From contig JAURAC010000017.1 of the NCBI GenBank assembly GCA_030586555.1, positions 8,061 to 72,060 on the forward strand: a DNA stretch of 64,000 bases. The letters are read 5' to 3'. Numbering within the stretch: position 1 is the stretch's first letter; each line of letters begins with the position of its first letter. The notes below the pieces were generated by a model. That model had not been told where the DNA came from and did not search any database. It worked only from the letters and a program-made list of their open reading frames with translations. The stretch comes from Candidatus Subterrananammoxibius californiae (lineage in GTDB: Bacteria > Planctomycetota > Brocadiia > Brocadiales > Subterrananammoxibiaceae). Below are positions 46,670 to 57,593 of this stretch, piece after piece. A program made the position numbers and the translations under genes.

Positions 46670-47359
46670 TTATTTTACATGTTTTTCGAGGGTTTCCAGA
46701 TCCTTGCTGTTACCAACGACAACAAGTATATCACCCTCTTTGACGACGTAATCAGGATTGGGAAGTTCCCTTACTTCCTTTTCTGTAAGTTCCCCTTCCT
46801 TTGTTGTTTCCCACAGCTTTTTCATTATCATTATTACTGTAACGCCGAATCTTGTCCTCAGGTCGAGTTCCCTGAGGTTTTTCCCGACAAATTCACCCTT
46901 AACGGCGATTTCTGCGAGATTATAATCTGCGCCAAGTTCAAAGTACTCAAGGACGCCGGGTGCAATGATGCTGTGTGCGACGCGCAAGCCCATATCCTTT
47001 TCGGGGAACACAACCCTCGTTGCGCCCACCCTCTCGAGGATTTGCGCATGTAAATCGGTTGTTGCCCTTGCCACAATCTCTTTAATGCCTATATGCTTAA
47101 GCAGCGCTGTAGTTAATATACTTGACTCTACATCCTCCCCCATGCTTACCACTGCAACGTCAACATTGACAATGCCGCTTGCTTTAAGCGCCTCCTCGTC
47201 TGTGCTGTCGAGTTGAATTGCATCTGAAACAATATTCTTTGCCTTTTCAACAAGCGTTTCATTAATATCAACAGCAATGACGGAGGCCCCCTTTCTGGCA
47301 AGCGTCTCTGCCACCTGATAGCCGAATCTTCCCAATCCTATTACGGCAAATTGCCTCAT
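46670..47359 (-). CDS. ktrA: K+ uptake regulatory subunit (RCK_N + RCK_C)
   Basis: VIGLGRFG, VVFPEKDMG. Confidence 0.9.
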   Translation of the reverse strand: MRQFAVIGLGRFGYQVAETLARKGASVIAVDINETLVEKAKNIVSDAIQLDSTDEEALKASGIVNVDVAVVSMGEDVESSILTTALLKHIGIKEIVARATTDLHAQILERVGATRVVFPEKDMGLRVAHSIIAPGVLEYFELGADYNLAEIAVKGEFVGKNLRELDLRTRFGVTVIMIMKKLWETTKEGELTEKEVRELPNPDYVVKEGDILVVVGNSKDLETLEKHVK

Positions 47360-47543
47360 AATTTATAATCTCCCTTATTGCTTAACCAATCTATGGGTGA
47401 CATGCCTGGGTTATAATGATACTTATTTTAACTGGTTTTCTCCTAATTTTCACCTAATTTGTTAATGGAAAGCAGTATAATGTACTGCTCTAACAAATAA
47501 CTCTTACCATATAAACAGTAAATAGGTGCTATTGCCTTATAAA

Positions 47544-48893
47544 CTATCCAACGAATACTTCTTCTTCTGCAAACCTAAAATCCACTCGCTTTGGTTTCCC
47601 AACTAAAGAAAAACCTATAGTTAATGGTCCTAATCTGCCAGTTAACATAGTAATAATAATAATAATCTTTCCAACAGTACTGAGGCTCGGAGTAATTCCT
47701 GTTGATAGACCTACTGTACCGAAGGCGGATACAACTTCAAAGAGAATTTCAAGAAAAGATGCTTTTTCTAATGATGTTAGAATTAATGTGTCTAATATTA
47801 CTAATAAAATTGCCATAGCACCTATTGCAAAAGCTTTATTTATAGTCTCGTAAGAAATTCGCCTATCGAATAGGTTAACGTCTTCTCTTCGCCTCAATTG
47901 TGCTGAAAGTATTAGTAGCATTAACCCAAAAGTGGTTGTTTTGATTCCCCCACCAGTCCCACCTGGAGAAGCGCCAATAAACATTAAAACAATCATTGTA
48001 AAAAGGCTGGTACTGCTCATCGCTCCGATATCAATTGTGTTAAACCCTGTAGTAGTTGAGGCTGTGATTGATTGAAAGGTAGACCCTAATAACCTGTGTT
48101 TTAACGGTAGGGATGAAGACCTACTTTCTGAAATAAAAGTGATTGCTATGCCAATGACTATAAGAGTTATTGAGAGTATCAAAGCCAACTTACTATGAAT
48201 TGCCAATCGCCGAGGTTGTATATGGTTTATTGTTTTGCCCAAAAAGGTATGTATATCATATAAAACAAAGAAGCCGATTCCTCCCGCAAAGCAGAGACAG
48301 GGAATAATAGTATTAATAGCGATACTATCCTGATAAGAAACGAAACTATCTGAGAAGAGTCCAAATCCAGCAGTACAAAAAGCCGATACAGAATGAAAAA
48401 TTCCAAGGTAGATTGAACGTGATAAAGGAAATTCCCTCATCCAGTAAAGGCTTAAAATAACGGCGCCAATAAATTCAATGAGAAATGTATAAAGAATCAC
48501 TGCTTTAACAAATTTTTTTATCACTCCCACGGGTGGTCCTGCTAATGATTCCTGAAGGGTTTTTTCAGTCTCCAAAGAAACCCTTTTACCAAAAATATAA
48601 GCCATTAAAACAATAAAAATCATATATCCCAAACCACCTATTTGAAAAAGTACGAGAATAACTATCTGACCGAAGATGGAATAAAAACCGCCTGTATCAA
48701 CTACTACAAGTCCAGTAGTGGATACAGCCGAGGTGGCCGTGAATAAAGCATCTATAAATGACTGAGAAACACCTTTAGACGAGGCAATGGGTAAGGTAAG
48801 CAGGCTTGAACCTATTAGGATAATTAAAATGAACCCTATCAGTAAGGATTGAGCAGGCGTAACCTTTTGCAATAACTTTTGCAAATTTATCAT
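47544..48893 (-). CDS. ktrB: K+ uptake membrane subunit
   Basis: SAVSTTGL, SAFCTAGF, ASPGGTGGGIK, SAFGTVGLS pore loops. Confidence 0.9.
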   Translation of the reverse strand: MINLQKLLQKVTPAQSLLIGFILIILIGSSLLTLPIASSKGVSQSFIDALFTATSAVSTTGLVVVDTGGFYSIFGQIVILVLFQIGGLGYMIFIVLMAYIFGKRVSLETEKTLQESLAGPPVGVIKKFVKAVILYTFLIEFIGAVILSLYWMREFPLSRSIYLGIFHSVSAFCTAGFGLFSDSFVSYQDSIAINTIIPCLCFAGGIGFFVLYDIHTFLGKTINHIQPRRLAIHSKLALILSITLIVIGIAITFISESRSSSLPLKHRLLGSTFQSITASTTTGFNTIDIGAMSSTSLFTMIVLMFIGASPGGTGGGIKTTTFGLMLLILSAQLRRREDVNLFDRRISYETINKAFAIGAMAILLVILDTLILTSLEKASFLEILFEVVSAFGTVGLSTGITPSLSTVGKIIIIITMLTGRLGPLTIGFSLVGKPKRVDFRFAEEEVFVG

Positions 48894-48897
48894 TGTC

Positions 48898-49260
48898 CTA
48901 AATTTCTATTAAAAGCCTGTTATAATTAGCGCCAATTTTGTATGCAAAGCGGTCCTTTCCCTGTATGCTCAAGCCGCCAACTTGTATAAGAAGCAGTATA
49001 ACAACCTTGCCAAAGGTATAGAAATATTCCGCAGTATTCGTAACAACGAGGCCAGTTACACAGGTGGCTGATGTGGTTGTAAAGATGGCATCTATCAGGC
49101 TCATCTGCTCACCCGTAACCGTTGATTGGGGTTGCCGCAGTAAGATGGTACCGATAAAGATAATTATTAAAAAGCTGGCACTAATGAATATGCCAGGCTT
49201 ACGACCAAAGTGTTGTAAAACCTTATATGAGCCTTGTAAGAATTCCAATAGACGTGGCAT
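48898..49260 (-). pseudogene. Truncated ktrB/trkH paralog (first pore loop only)
   Basis: DAIFTTTSATCVTGL...IQVGGL then unrelated sequence. Confidence 0.8.
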
Positions 49261-49423
49261 TGTTTTGCCAGCTTATCTGCTTGAAAAAAGACCTACTACC
49301 ATTGGAAAATGCTAACCTTGCTTGCTATTTATCACAATTAGTTGCTGATGTCAAGGGTTTTTAACATAGCACAGGATTCTTTTGTTGAATTATTAACATA
49401 CGGTGTGAGGAATTTTTGGATGA

Positions 49424-49597
49424 TTAATTTGGCAGGTCTTCAAAGTCGCTGTCGTAATCAAGGTCTTTCTCTATTTCAAATTCGATTTCCCTTCTCGGCT
49501 CAAGTATCAACTTTCTATATCTCTCCTTTATAAACGCAAGGCGCTCCATCTTTTTTCTATTATGGTCAATTGTCGCTGTTCTAAGCTTTGAAATCAC
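49424..49597 (-). CDS. Possible 57-aa protein with an acidic C-terminus, not in the ORF track
   Basis: MISKLRTATIDHNRKKMERLAFIKERYRKLILEPRREIEFEIEKDLDYDSDFEDLPN; GAGGTGG upstream. Confidence 0.35.
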   Translation of the reverse strand: MISKLRTATIDHNRKKMERLAFIKERYRKLILEPRREIEFEIEKDLDYDSDFEDLPN

Positions 49598-49913
49598 CTT
49601 CCACCTCGCTACGCTCGCGTGAACCCCTAATATTTAATACATTAATAAATCTTCAGCCAACCCGCCTGAGGCAAGTTAAAAATCAAAGATACTATTATAT
49701 AAAAGAAGAAAACACTGTCAAATATTTTTTATAAAATTCAAAAAAAATTATATCGTGCAAAATAACTTTGTCAAGATGGATTCTTCGGAGTTAAAAGTAC
49801 GTCCTCATGGACGTGTTCTTAACTATTGTGAAGTTCCATACTCGACCTGTTAAAAGCTTGCTATGTAACGAAGCAAGTTTTTCGCAAAATTTATTAACCT
49901 GCTTTTTAAGCTT

Positions 49914-51050
49914 TTAACGGGTCTCAAATGCAGCAAAGTTGGGCGTCCTTGTATATTGCAATTGGTTATTGGATAAACTTACGATTAATGCTTCAACGCC
50001 GGGGATGGATTTGGCAAGCTCAATACCCTCTTTAGCCCCCATTACGCTCAGGGCAGTCGCAAGCGCATCGGCGGTGGTTGCGTCATTCGCTATGACCGTA
50101 ACGCTTGGAACATTTTCAACAGGCAACCCGGTGAGCGGGTTAACTATGTGGGAGTATTTCTTGCCGTTTATAACCATGAATCGCTGGTAGTCTCCTGATG
50201 TTGCAACGGCGCAATCATTAATCTTTAATTTACCAAGGAATGTTTCTGTATCGTCAGGATGATAAGGGTCCTGTATCCCAATATGCCAGGGTTCTCCGCC
50301 TGGTTTTGTGCCTAACGCATAGAGGTCGCCCCCCGCATCTACAAGGGCGCTTTCTATTCCATGCCCTTTTAACACCTTTATCGCCTCGTCCACTGCATAT
50401 CCCTTGGCTATGCCACCAACATCCAGCTCTACTCCTCCACCTGAGGCGGACTGGAAGGATAGCGCTTGCTTCTCCGTATCAAGGTTAATTTTCTTATAAC
50501 CAACCGTGCTAAGTATTTTTTCTAATTCTTCATTTGCAGGAAGCCTCCCGCTTTTTCCTGCATCCCTCCATAGGGTGCATAACGGCCCACAGGTAATATC
50601 AAATGCACCCCTGCTAAGCCTCGAAAACTCAATTGCCTTTTTTATTACAGTAAACGTGTCTTGCGTGAGAGGTACAAATTCAGCAGATGCCTTCTGATTA
50701 ACCATGGATAGCTCACTATCCTCTTTATAGTTACTCATTAAGTTTTCAATTTCGGCTATTCTATTAAATGCAAGGTCAATTACCTCCTTTGAGGTATCCC
50801 CACTCCTTTCAAAAACAGTAACGGAGACAAGCGTCCCCATCAGCATTCGGGTCTCTTTGAATTGTTGTAGGGACGGTTCGTAAACTTCCCCTGCATGGTT
50901 TTCGGCGACTATTTCCTGTGTGCTACCTTTACGACAGCCTGTTAAGAAAGGTAACAAGCAAATAAGCCAACAAGCCAGCAAGCCGACAAGCTTGCAAGCT
51001 TGTAAGCTCGTAAGCTTATTAGCCTGTAAGATTATTTCGTTGGTTTTCAC
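49914..51050 (-). CDS. apbE: FAD:protein FMN transferase (lipoprotein)
   Basis: LTGC lipobox, LMGT, DVGGIAKGYAVD, ATSGDYQR, HIVNP, ADALATA. Confidence 0.95.
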   Translation of the reverse strand: MKTNEIILQANKLTSLQACKLVGLLACWLICLLPFLTGCRKGSTQEIVAENHAGEVYEPSLQQFKETRMLMGTLVSVTVFERSGDTSKEVIDLAFNRIAEIENLMSNYKEDSELSMVNQKASAEFVPLTQDTFTVIKKAIEFSRLSRGAFDITCGPLCTLWRDAGKSGRLPANEELEKILSTVGYKKINLDTEKQALSFQSASGGGVELDVGGIAKGYAVDEAIKVLKGHGIESALVDAGGDLYALGTKPGGEPWHIGIQDPYHPDDTETFLGKLKINDCAVATSGDYQRFMVINGKKYSHIVNPLTGLPVENVPSVTVIANDATTADALATALSVMGAKEGIELAKSIPGVEALIVSLSNNQLQYTRTPNFAAFETR

Positions 51051-51269
51051 GCGACTCTTGACTCCTGACTCCAGACTATTGACTCAATAGCACACTGTTA
51101 AAAATTCTAACTTGCTTCTTTCCCATCGTCAAGCTAAATCCAAAAATAGCCCTCCTTGTACCGAACAAAGGGAATGCAATGAAAAAAAATGTGCTTGAAC
51201 TTGTTTGCAGTTCTGGTGTAAACTATTACATCAACAAACCTCATGACTCCAGACTCAGGACTCTAATTT

Positions 51270-51734
51270 ATGCCAAGGAATTTTAGCTGGTTAATACCTG
51301 GCGAGATTGCTGGAATGGCAAGACCCGCTTCTACTATCCACGATTTCGAAAGTCTGCGGGACGATGGCATTGACGCCATTGTTTCTCTTACGGAAAATCC
51401 ACTTAATAAGCCGTTGATAGAGGAATTTGGTTTTGAGTACGTGCATATCCCTATCGAAGACCTTTCCGTACCAACTATGGACCAGGTAGAAGACTTTGTG
51501 GAGTTTGCCACCAGGATGCGAAATGACGGGAAGAAGATTGTCGTCCATTGTGGGGCCGGGATTGGAAGAACAGGCACAATGCTTGCCTGTTATCTTGTTA
51601 GCAAGGGATATAGTGCAGAAGAATCAATTGACGAGGTACGACGGAAAAGACCAGGCTCAATTGAAACAGATGAACAAGTAGAGGTTATACACAGGTACGA
51701 AAGAAAATTAGCAGACGAGAACAGAAATACATAA
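51270..51734 (+). CDS. Dual-specificity protein phosphatase
   Basis: VHCGAGIGRTGT, RPGSIET..Q. Confidence 0.92.
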   Translation: MPRNFSWLIPGEIAGMARPASTIHDFESLRDDGIDAIVSLTENPLNKPLIEEFGFEYVHIPIEDLSVPTMDQVEDFVEFATRMRNDGKKIVVHCGAGIGRTGTMLACYLVSKGYSAEESIDEVRRKRPGSIETDEQVEVIHRYERKLADENRNT

Positions 51735-51765
51735 ATTCCAAATTTTTCTCAGGTAAGTATTTATT

Positions 51766-53493
51766 GTGGCAGAAATTATTACAAAACCACTTCCCGAAGC
51801 TTGTTTGAAGGATTACGAAGAAGCATACCGTAATTTTAATTGGGAGCACATAAAAAACCGCTTCGAGTTTTTTAGTGCTGGAAGGGTAAATATAGCCTTC
51901 GAAGCAATAGATAAGCACGCCGCCGGTTCACGAAAAGATAAGGTTGCCCTCTACTGGAAGGATGCACACGAGCAAACTCAAAAATATACGTTCCTCGATA
52001 TGAAAATACACTCCGACAAGGTAGGGGCTGTGTTAAGAAGACTTGGGGTAAAAAAAGGAGACCGCGTATTCGTTTTCCTTCCCCGCATACCAGAACTTTA
52101 TATCAGCATTATCGGTATAGCAAAGATAGGCGCCGTTGCAGGACCCATGTTCTCTGCCTTTGGTCCCGAAGCTGTAAGGGATAGACTAAAAGACAGCGAA
52201 GCAAAGGTGCTTATAACAACCCCTGAACTTAAAAAGAGGATTGATGAGGTTCGTAATGAACTTCCCCACCTTGAACATATTTTAATTGTCGGTGCATCCG
52301 CCTCAGACGTAGCAAAAGGAGAAATAAGTTATGAGGCTGCCATGTCAAATGCCAAGGAAGATGGTGAAATAGAGTGGGTGGACGCTGAAACCCCACTTTA
52401 CATGCTATATACCTCAGGAACTACAGGGAGACCCAAAGGGGTGGTTCACGTCCATAATGACATGATTTCCCATTACATCACCACCAGGTGGGTCCTGGAT
52501 TTAAAGGACGAAGACGTTTATTGGTGCACAGCAGACCCTGGCTGGGTTACTGGCACGGTTTACGGGATATGGGGACCGTGGCTAAACGGGGAATCTCAGG
52601 TTGTATTCGAGGGTAGATTTGAGGCAGAGAAGTGGTACTCTATCATTCAGGATTTCAAGGTCACCGTCTGGTACACCGCACCCACTGCATTAAGGATGCT
52701 CATGAAGGCTGGCAAGGAGACAATTAAGAGATACGATTTAAGCAGTCTCCGTTATATATGCAGTGTAGGCGAGCCCCTTAATCCAGAGGTCATCCGCTGG
52801 GGTATGAATGTCTATAACCTGCCTATTCACGATAATTGGTGGCAAACTGAAACGGGCTCTATAATGATTGCCAACTATCCCTGCCTGCCCATTAAACTGG
52901 GTTCAATGGGCAAGCCGTTCCCGGGTATAAAGGCGGCTATCGTTGACAGCGATGGAAACGAACTACCGCCGGGTAAACACGGATTTCTTGCCTTAAAACC
53001 AGGCTGGCCCTCGATGATGCGCACTATATGGCGTGACGAAAACAGATACAGGGCTTACTTCCAAATCTCAGGCTGGTACACAAGCGGCGATACGGCATAT
53101 AAGGATGAGGACGGTTACTTCTGGTTCGTAGGAAGGGCGGATGATGTCATCAAGACCTCAGGACATCGTGTGGGTCCATTTGAGGTAGAAAGCGCATTGG
53201 TGGAACACAAGGCTGTCGCAGAGGCAGGCGTTATTGGAAAACCAGACGAGGAGCGAGGCGAGATTATAAAGGCATTTATCGTCCTGCGTGAAGGATTCCA
53301 CCCATCTAATCATCTAAAGAAGGACATCGAAGAGTTTATCAAACATCGGTTAGCCGCCCACGCATACCCGAGAGAAATTGAATTTGTCCCAAGCGTCCCA
53401 AAGACCCGAAGCGGCAAGATAATGCGCCGATTGCTTAAAGCAAAAGAACTCAGCCTCCCCACAGGCGACCTATCCACGTTAGAGGAAGATTAA
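51766..53493 (+). CDS. acsA: Acetate-CoA ligase
   Basis: YTSGTTGRPKG, WWQTETG, PKTRSGKIMRR. Confidence 0.93.
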   Translation: MAEIITKPLPEACLKDYEEAYRNFNWEHIKNRFEFFSAGRVNIAFEAIDKHAAGSRKDKVALYWKDAHEQTQKYTFLDMKIHSDKVGAVLRRLGVKKGDRVFVFLPRIPELYISIIGIAKIGAVAGPMFSAFGPEAVRDRLKDSEAKVLITTPELKKRIDEVRNELPHLEHILIVGASASDVAKGEISYEAAMSNAKEDGEIEWVDAETPLYMLYTSGTTGRPKGVVHVHNDMISHYITTRWVLDLKDEDVYWCTADPGWVTGTVYGIWGPWLNGESQVVFEGRFEAEKWYSIIQDFKVTVWYTAPTALRMLMKAGKETIKRYDLSSLRYICSVGEPLNPEVIRWGMNVYNLPIHDNWWQTETGSIMIANYPCLPIKLGSMGKPFPGIKAAIVDSDGNELPPGKHGFLALKPGWPSMMRTIWRDENRYRAYFQISGWYTSGDTAYKDEDGYFWFVGRADDVIKTSGHRVGPFEVESALVEHKAVAEAGVIGKPDEERGEIIKAFIVLREGFHPSNHLKKDIEEFIKHRLAAHAYPREIEFVPSVPKTRSGKIMRRLLKAKELSLPTGDLSTLEED

Positions 53494-53681
53494 TCCCCTA
53501 CCCTGAAAATGTCATTCCGACCTTCAAAAATGTCATCCCGAACTTGTTTCGGGATCCCAAGAGATGCTGAAATAAATTCAGCATGACAAAACACAGTGTC
53601 ATTCCGAGCCCTTCACTTCCTATCGTTCTTTGTCCGCCTGAGGAGGGTCAAGCAATCTTGCCTTTGAGACTCCCGCAGGGT

Positions 53682-55307
53682 TTACTCCTTAAGATGTATA
53701 TCATTCTTTTCAAGTACTGTTGCCGTGACCACGTCTAAATCCCCGAGGGATACCTGATAGTCAATAATTGCCTTCGTCTCGTTCCCTTCCGCCATGGCTA
53801 AATCCTCCTGTGCCCTGAGGACCTCGAGGCTTGTGGTCTTGCCCACATTAAACTTCTTTCCTTCAGCATCGAGTTTCTTATCTGCCAGTTCCCTTGCCTT
53901 TCGTGTAGAATACACCCTTTCGATATTGGTGTTTATCTGGCGAACCGCAGTCCTGACGTCCACTACTACCTTTTGCTCTGTCTTTTTAACGTCAAGCCCT
54001 GCCTGTAATGCCTCGAGTTTTGCCTTTGTATAGTTACTTCTGGCAGAACGAAGCCCGATGGGAATTTCAAATGTGAGACCAAGACTCTTGCTCTCAAAGT
54101 CCGTGTCTGTAACGAGCTTATTGCTTTCACCTAAGTCTCCTCCAATACCATCGTATCGGAAGGTTCCATTAATATCCATTTGTGGAAGCAATTCATTTTT
54201 TCGCTGTTTTATCGAGATTTCAGCATTTTCAACCTTCTTCTGGGTTTCAAGGAGGTCGGGGCGACTTTGTAAGGCTAACTTTATTGATTCTGGCATATCA
54301 GCCTTTTTGGCATCAAAAACAGGCTTGTCAATAGGAGCAATCGAGGCGTCGGAAAGGATTGAATCGTCACTAAGGTTTATTACCTGTTTAAGTATGTCTT
54401 CCTTATTTTTAATCTCATTTTCAGCCGATATTACAGCCTCTTCACGAGAAGCAACCCCTGCTTCAGCCTCAAGGACGTCAATAGGGGTTAACATCCCCGC
54501 CTCAACCTGCAGTTTGTTTTTTTCAAGCAAATCCTTTGCCCGCTCAAGGGATTTTCTTGCAACCTTCAAATCCTCTATCGCCTTGATTAGATTCCAATAT
54601 GCCTCCTGCACCTGATCCACTGTTTGAATAACCGTATTCTTAAACTGGAAGGTAGAGATTTGTTTGTTGTTTCGTGCAATATAAACGGGACTGAGGTTGT
54701 AGAAAAGCCATCCGCCCTTCAGGAGGGGCTGGGTAAGCTTTGCCTCAACAAAAGAAGTATAGCGTCTTACCAAATCCCCATACACATCACTTGCACCTTC
54801 AAAGACATTCCTCGTATAATTGAATCCATACCCTATAGATAGTTTACCGCCTGTTTCAAAGGGTTTTTCAATCGTTGACTTAAAGATGTCTGTATCCGTT
54901 CGCGCTGGTTTAAACAACACCACAACAGACCCTGTAATAAATCTTCCAAGAAGCCAACGTTCATCTTCCGCCACATTGCCCTCTACCTTGAGGGTAGGGT
55001 CAAATTTAGATTTTTCAATTGTGATACCCAAATCGCCAATCTCAGGATTAAGCCGTGCAATCTCCACATCGAAGTTGTTACGTATGGCAAAGAGTATGCT
55101 TTCCTTTAAAGTTAGGCTGATGGTCGTCGTATCAAATTCCACAGACACTGAACGTTGGATAGGTTCTTCGGTTGGTTTCTCTTGCGCAATAGTTTCACAG
55201 TTCCATAATATAATAGCCATAAGAGGCAAAGAGGCAAAGAGGCAAAGAGGTAAAGAAACAAACCTTTTAGCCTTTTCACCTTTTAGCCTCTTTACCTTTT
55301 CACCCAT
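53682..55307 (-). CDS. TolC-family outer membrane efflux protein
   Basis: Two OEP repeats; N-terminus built from octamer repeats at 55220-55303. Confidence 0.88.
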   Translation of the reverse strand: MGEKVKRLKGEKAKRFVSLPLCLFASLPLMAIILWNCETIAQEKPTEEPIQRSVSVEFDTTTISLTLKESILFAIRNNFDVEIARLNPEIGDLGITIEKSKFDPTLKVEGNVAEDERWLLGRFITGSVVVLFKPARTDTDIFKSTIEKPFETGGKLSIGYGFNYTRNVFEGASDVYGDLVRRYTSFVEAKLTQPLLKGGWLFYNLSPVYIARNNKQISTFQFKNTVIQTVDQVQEAYWNLIKAIEDLKVARKSLERAKDLLEKNKLQVEAGMLTPIDVLEAEAGVASREEAVISAENEIKNKEDILKQVINLSDDSILSDASIAPIDKPVFDAKKADMPESIKLALQSRPDLLETQKKVENAEISIKQRKNELLPQMDINGTFRYDGIGGDLGESNKLVTDTDFESKSLGLTFEIPIGLRSARSNYTKAKLEALQAGLDVKKTEQKVVVDVRTAVRQINTNIERVYSTRKARELADKKLDAEGKKFNVGKTTSLEVLRAQEDLAMAEGNETKAIIDYQVSLGDLDVVTATVLEKNDIHLKE

Positions 55308-55310
55308 TTC

Positions 55311-55880
55311 CTATTCCCTATTCCCCATTATAAGCGCCAGTGCTTCTGCCCTTGTGGCTGGATTCCTTCGGAATATGCCGCGAACCACAGAAGTCTGTAC
55401 CTTAGTACCGGATTTCTTTATGCCGCGCATCGTCATGCAAAGATGTTCTGCCTCGATAACTGTGATGACTCCTTTTGGTCTAAGGGCTTTCATAATGGTA
55501 TCTGCAATAGCTGTCGTTAGACGCTCCTGAACCTGCAATTTCTTCGATTCCATATCCACTACCCTCGCCAGCTTGCTTATACCAGTGACCCGTGAGCCTT
55601 GCGGGATGTATGCAACATGCGCAACCCCGATGAACGGCAGTAAATGATGTTCGCAAACCGAATAAAAAGGAATATCCTTTAGAAGCACAATTTCATCATG
55701 GTCTTGAGATTTGAGCACCTTAATCTGCTCAGAGGCATCCTTTCCTATCCCTGCGTAAATTTCTTCGCACATCTGTGCGACCCTTTGAGGAGTTTCCTTA
55801 AGCCCATCACGGTCTGGGTTCTCACCGATGCCCTCGAGGAACATGCGAATTGCCTTTATTATTTTTTCGGTATTTATCAC
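55311..55880 (-). CDS. folE: GTP cyclohydrolase I
   Basis: [30 protein letters not shown]. Confidence 0.96.
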   Translation of the reverse strand: MINTEKIIKAIRMFLEGIGENPDRDGLKETPQRVAQMCEEIYAGIGKDASEQIKVLKSQDHDEIVLLKDIPFYSVCEHHLLPFIGVAHVAYIPQGSRVTGISKLARVVDMESKKLQVQERLTTAIADTIMKALRPKGVITVIEAEHLCMTMRGIKKSGTKVQTSVVRGIFRRNPATRAEALALIMGNRE

Positions 55881-55935
55881 TTGTAAAAGCACATACAAAC
55901 AAGTTTGTCCATGCCACCCTTATGAAATTCACTGT

Positions 55936-56808
55936 CTATCCTGTTAATAACCCGTAGTTCTTTAATGCGCTGGCTAATTGGTTTTCGTGCTCTTTGGTCA
56001 TTTTACACAGAGGCAGTCTCATTTCTCCATTTAATCTGCCTAACAGGCGCATGGCTGTCTTTACAGGTATAGGATTTGTCTCAATGAACATTGCTCTACA
56101 AAGGGGAAACAGTTTTCTGTGCATCTCCTGAGCATCTTTAACCCTTCCACTGCTAAAGTCATGAACCATTTTGCGGGTATCTTTAGGCACAATATTAGCC
56201 ATCACAGAGACAACACCCTTACCACCAACAGCCATAATGGGGAGCGTTAATGAATCGTCTCCCGATAGCACGGTAATATTACAAAGTTGAAGGATTTGAC
56301 TTGTCTGGTCAATGCTGCCGCTTGCTTCCTTAATGCCCACGATGTTCTTTATCTCGGCAAGTTTAGCAACCGTTTCTGGTGCGATTGAAACGCCGGTACG
56401 CGAGGGGACATTATAAAGAATCATCGGGATATCAACCTCCTCGGCAATAGCTTTAAAATGGAGATAAAGCCCTTCCTGGGTCGGTCTATTATAATATGGA
56501 GTAATTAATAGCGCTGCATTAGCCCCTGCCTTCTTTGCTGATTTTGTAAGCCTCATGGCTTCGCTTGTGCTGTTAGAGCCAGTGCCTGCAATCACGGTAA
56601 TTCGACCGGCTGCCTTCTCTATTACTTCTGCAACCACTCTTTCATGCTCCTCGTGGCTGAGTGTCGGCGACTCACCTGTAGTCCCGCATGGAACAATGGC
56701 ATCTGTACCATTCTCTATGTGGTATTCAACTAACTCTCCGAGTTTTTTATAATCCACCTGTCCGTCTTTAAAAGGCGTAACAAGGGCAACAATAGAACCA
56801 GAAAACAT
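55936..56808 (-). CDS. dapA: 4-hydroxy-tetrahydrodipicolinate synthase
   Basis: GTTGE, PYYN, YNVPSRT, IKEASG. Confidence 0.97.
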   Translation of the reverse strand: MFSGSIVALVTPFKDGQVDYKKLGELVEYHIENGTDAIVPCGTTGESPTLSHEEHERVVAEVIEKAAGRITVIAGTGSNSTSEAMRLTKSAKKAGANAALLITPYYNRPTQEGLYLHFKAIAEEVDIPMILYNVPSRTGVSIAPETVAKLAEIKNIVGIKEASGSIDQTSQILQLCNITVLSGDDSLTLPIMAVGGKGVVSVMANIVPKDTRKMVHDFSSGRVKDAQEMHRKLFPLCRAMFIETNPIPVKTAMRLLGRLNGEMRLPLCKMTKEHENQLASALKNYGLLTG

Positions 56809-56822
56809 ATATGATAACCTCC

Positions 56823-57593
56823 TTAATCCTTCCGTAACATGGTATGCTTATAAATCAACTCCTTCATCTCCTGCACAGCTTCTTTCATTCCTACAAAGAT
56901 TGCTCTTGAAACAATACTGTGGCCAATGTGCAATTCTTCTGCATGCAATTCTTCAACAATTGGACCAACATTGTTATAGTTTAATCCATGCCCGGCGTTT
57001 ACCATTAATCCGAAATTACGTGCCATTGAGGCAGCCATTTTTAGCTTCTCAAGCACCTTATTGCGTTCCTTTGCATCCTTTGCATTGGCATAGTCGCCTG
57101 TATGTAATTCAACATACTGTGTTCCTGCGTCTCTGGATGCTTTAATCTGTTTTTCTTCCGCATCAATAAAGAGGCTGACAATAATACCAGCATCATTAAA
57201 CCGCTTTATTACCTCTGCAATACGTTTCTTCTGTGAAACAACGTCAAAGCCTCCTTCTGTGGTAACCTCGAGCCTTTTTTCTGGAACAAAGGTAACCTGG
57301 TCAGGCTTTTCATCAAGGGCAATTTTAATAATTTCCTCAGAAGCTGCTAATTCCAGATTTAGTTTTGCAAATACCGTTTGGCGAAGTACCCGCAGGTCGC
57401 GCTCCTGAATGTGTCTCCTATCCTCTCTAAGATGTATTGTTATGACGTCTGCACCCCCTAAATGCGCAAGTATAGAGGCTGTTACAGGGTCAGGCTCATA
57501 AGCCTTGCGTGTATCCTTCGCTAAAGCTACGGAATACCGTGCCTGCCTTATTGTTGCAACATGGTCAATATTAACGCCAAGCTTTGGCATCAT
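56823..57593 (-). CDS. pdxJ: Pyridoxine 5'-phosphate synthase
   Basis: LGVNIDHVATIRQAR, HLREDRRHI, TTEGG, AGHGL. Confidence 0.97.
   Translation of the reverse strand: MMPKLGVNIDHVATIRQARYSVALAKDTRKAYEPDPVTASILAHLGGADVITIHLREDRRHIQERDLRVLRQTVFAKLNLELAASEEIIKIALDEKPDQVTFVPEKRLEVTTEGGFDVVSQKKRIAEVIKRFNDAGIIVSLFIDAEEKQIKASRDAGTQYVELHTGDYANAKDAKERNKVLEKLKMAASMARNFGLMVNAGHGLNYNNVGPIVEELHAEELHIGHSIVSRAIFVGMKEAVQEMKELIYKHTMLRKD

Noticed and set aside
54058..55530. Long plus-strand ORFs (54058-54615, 54820-55530 and similar ones elsewhere)
   Set aside because: Antisense shadows of well-supported minus-strand genes.
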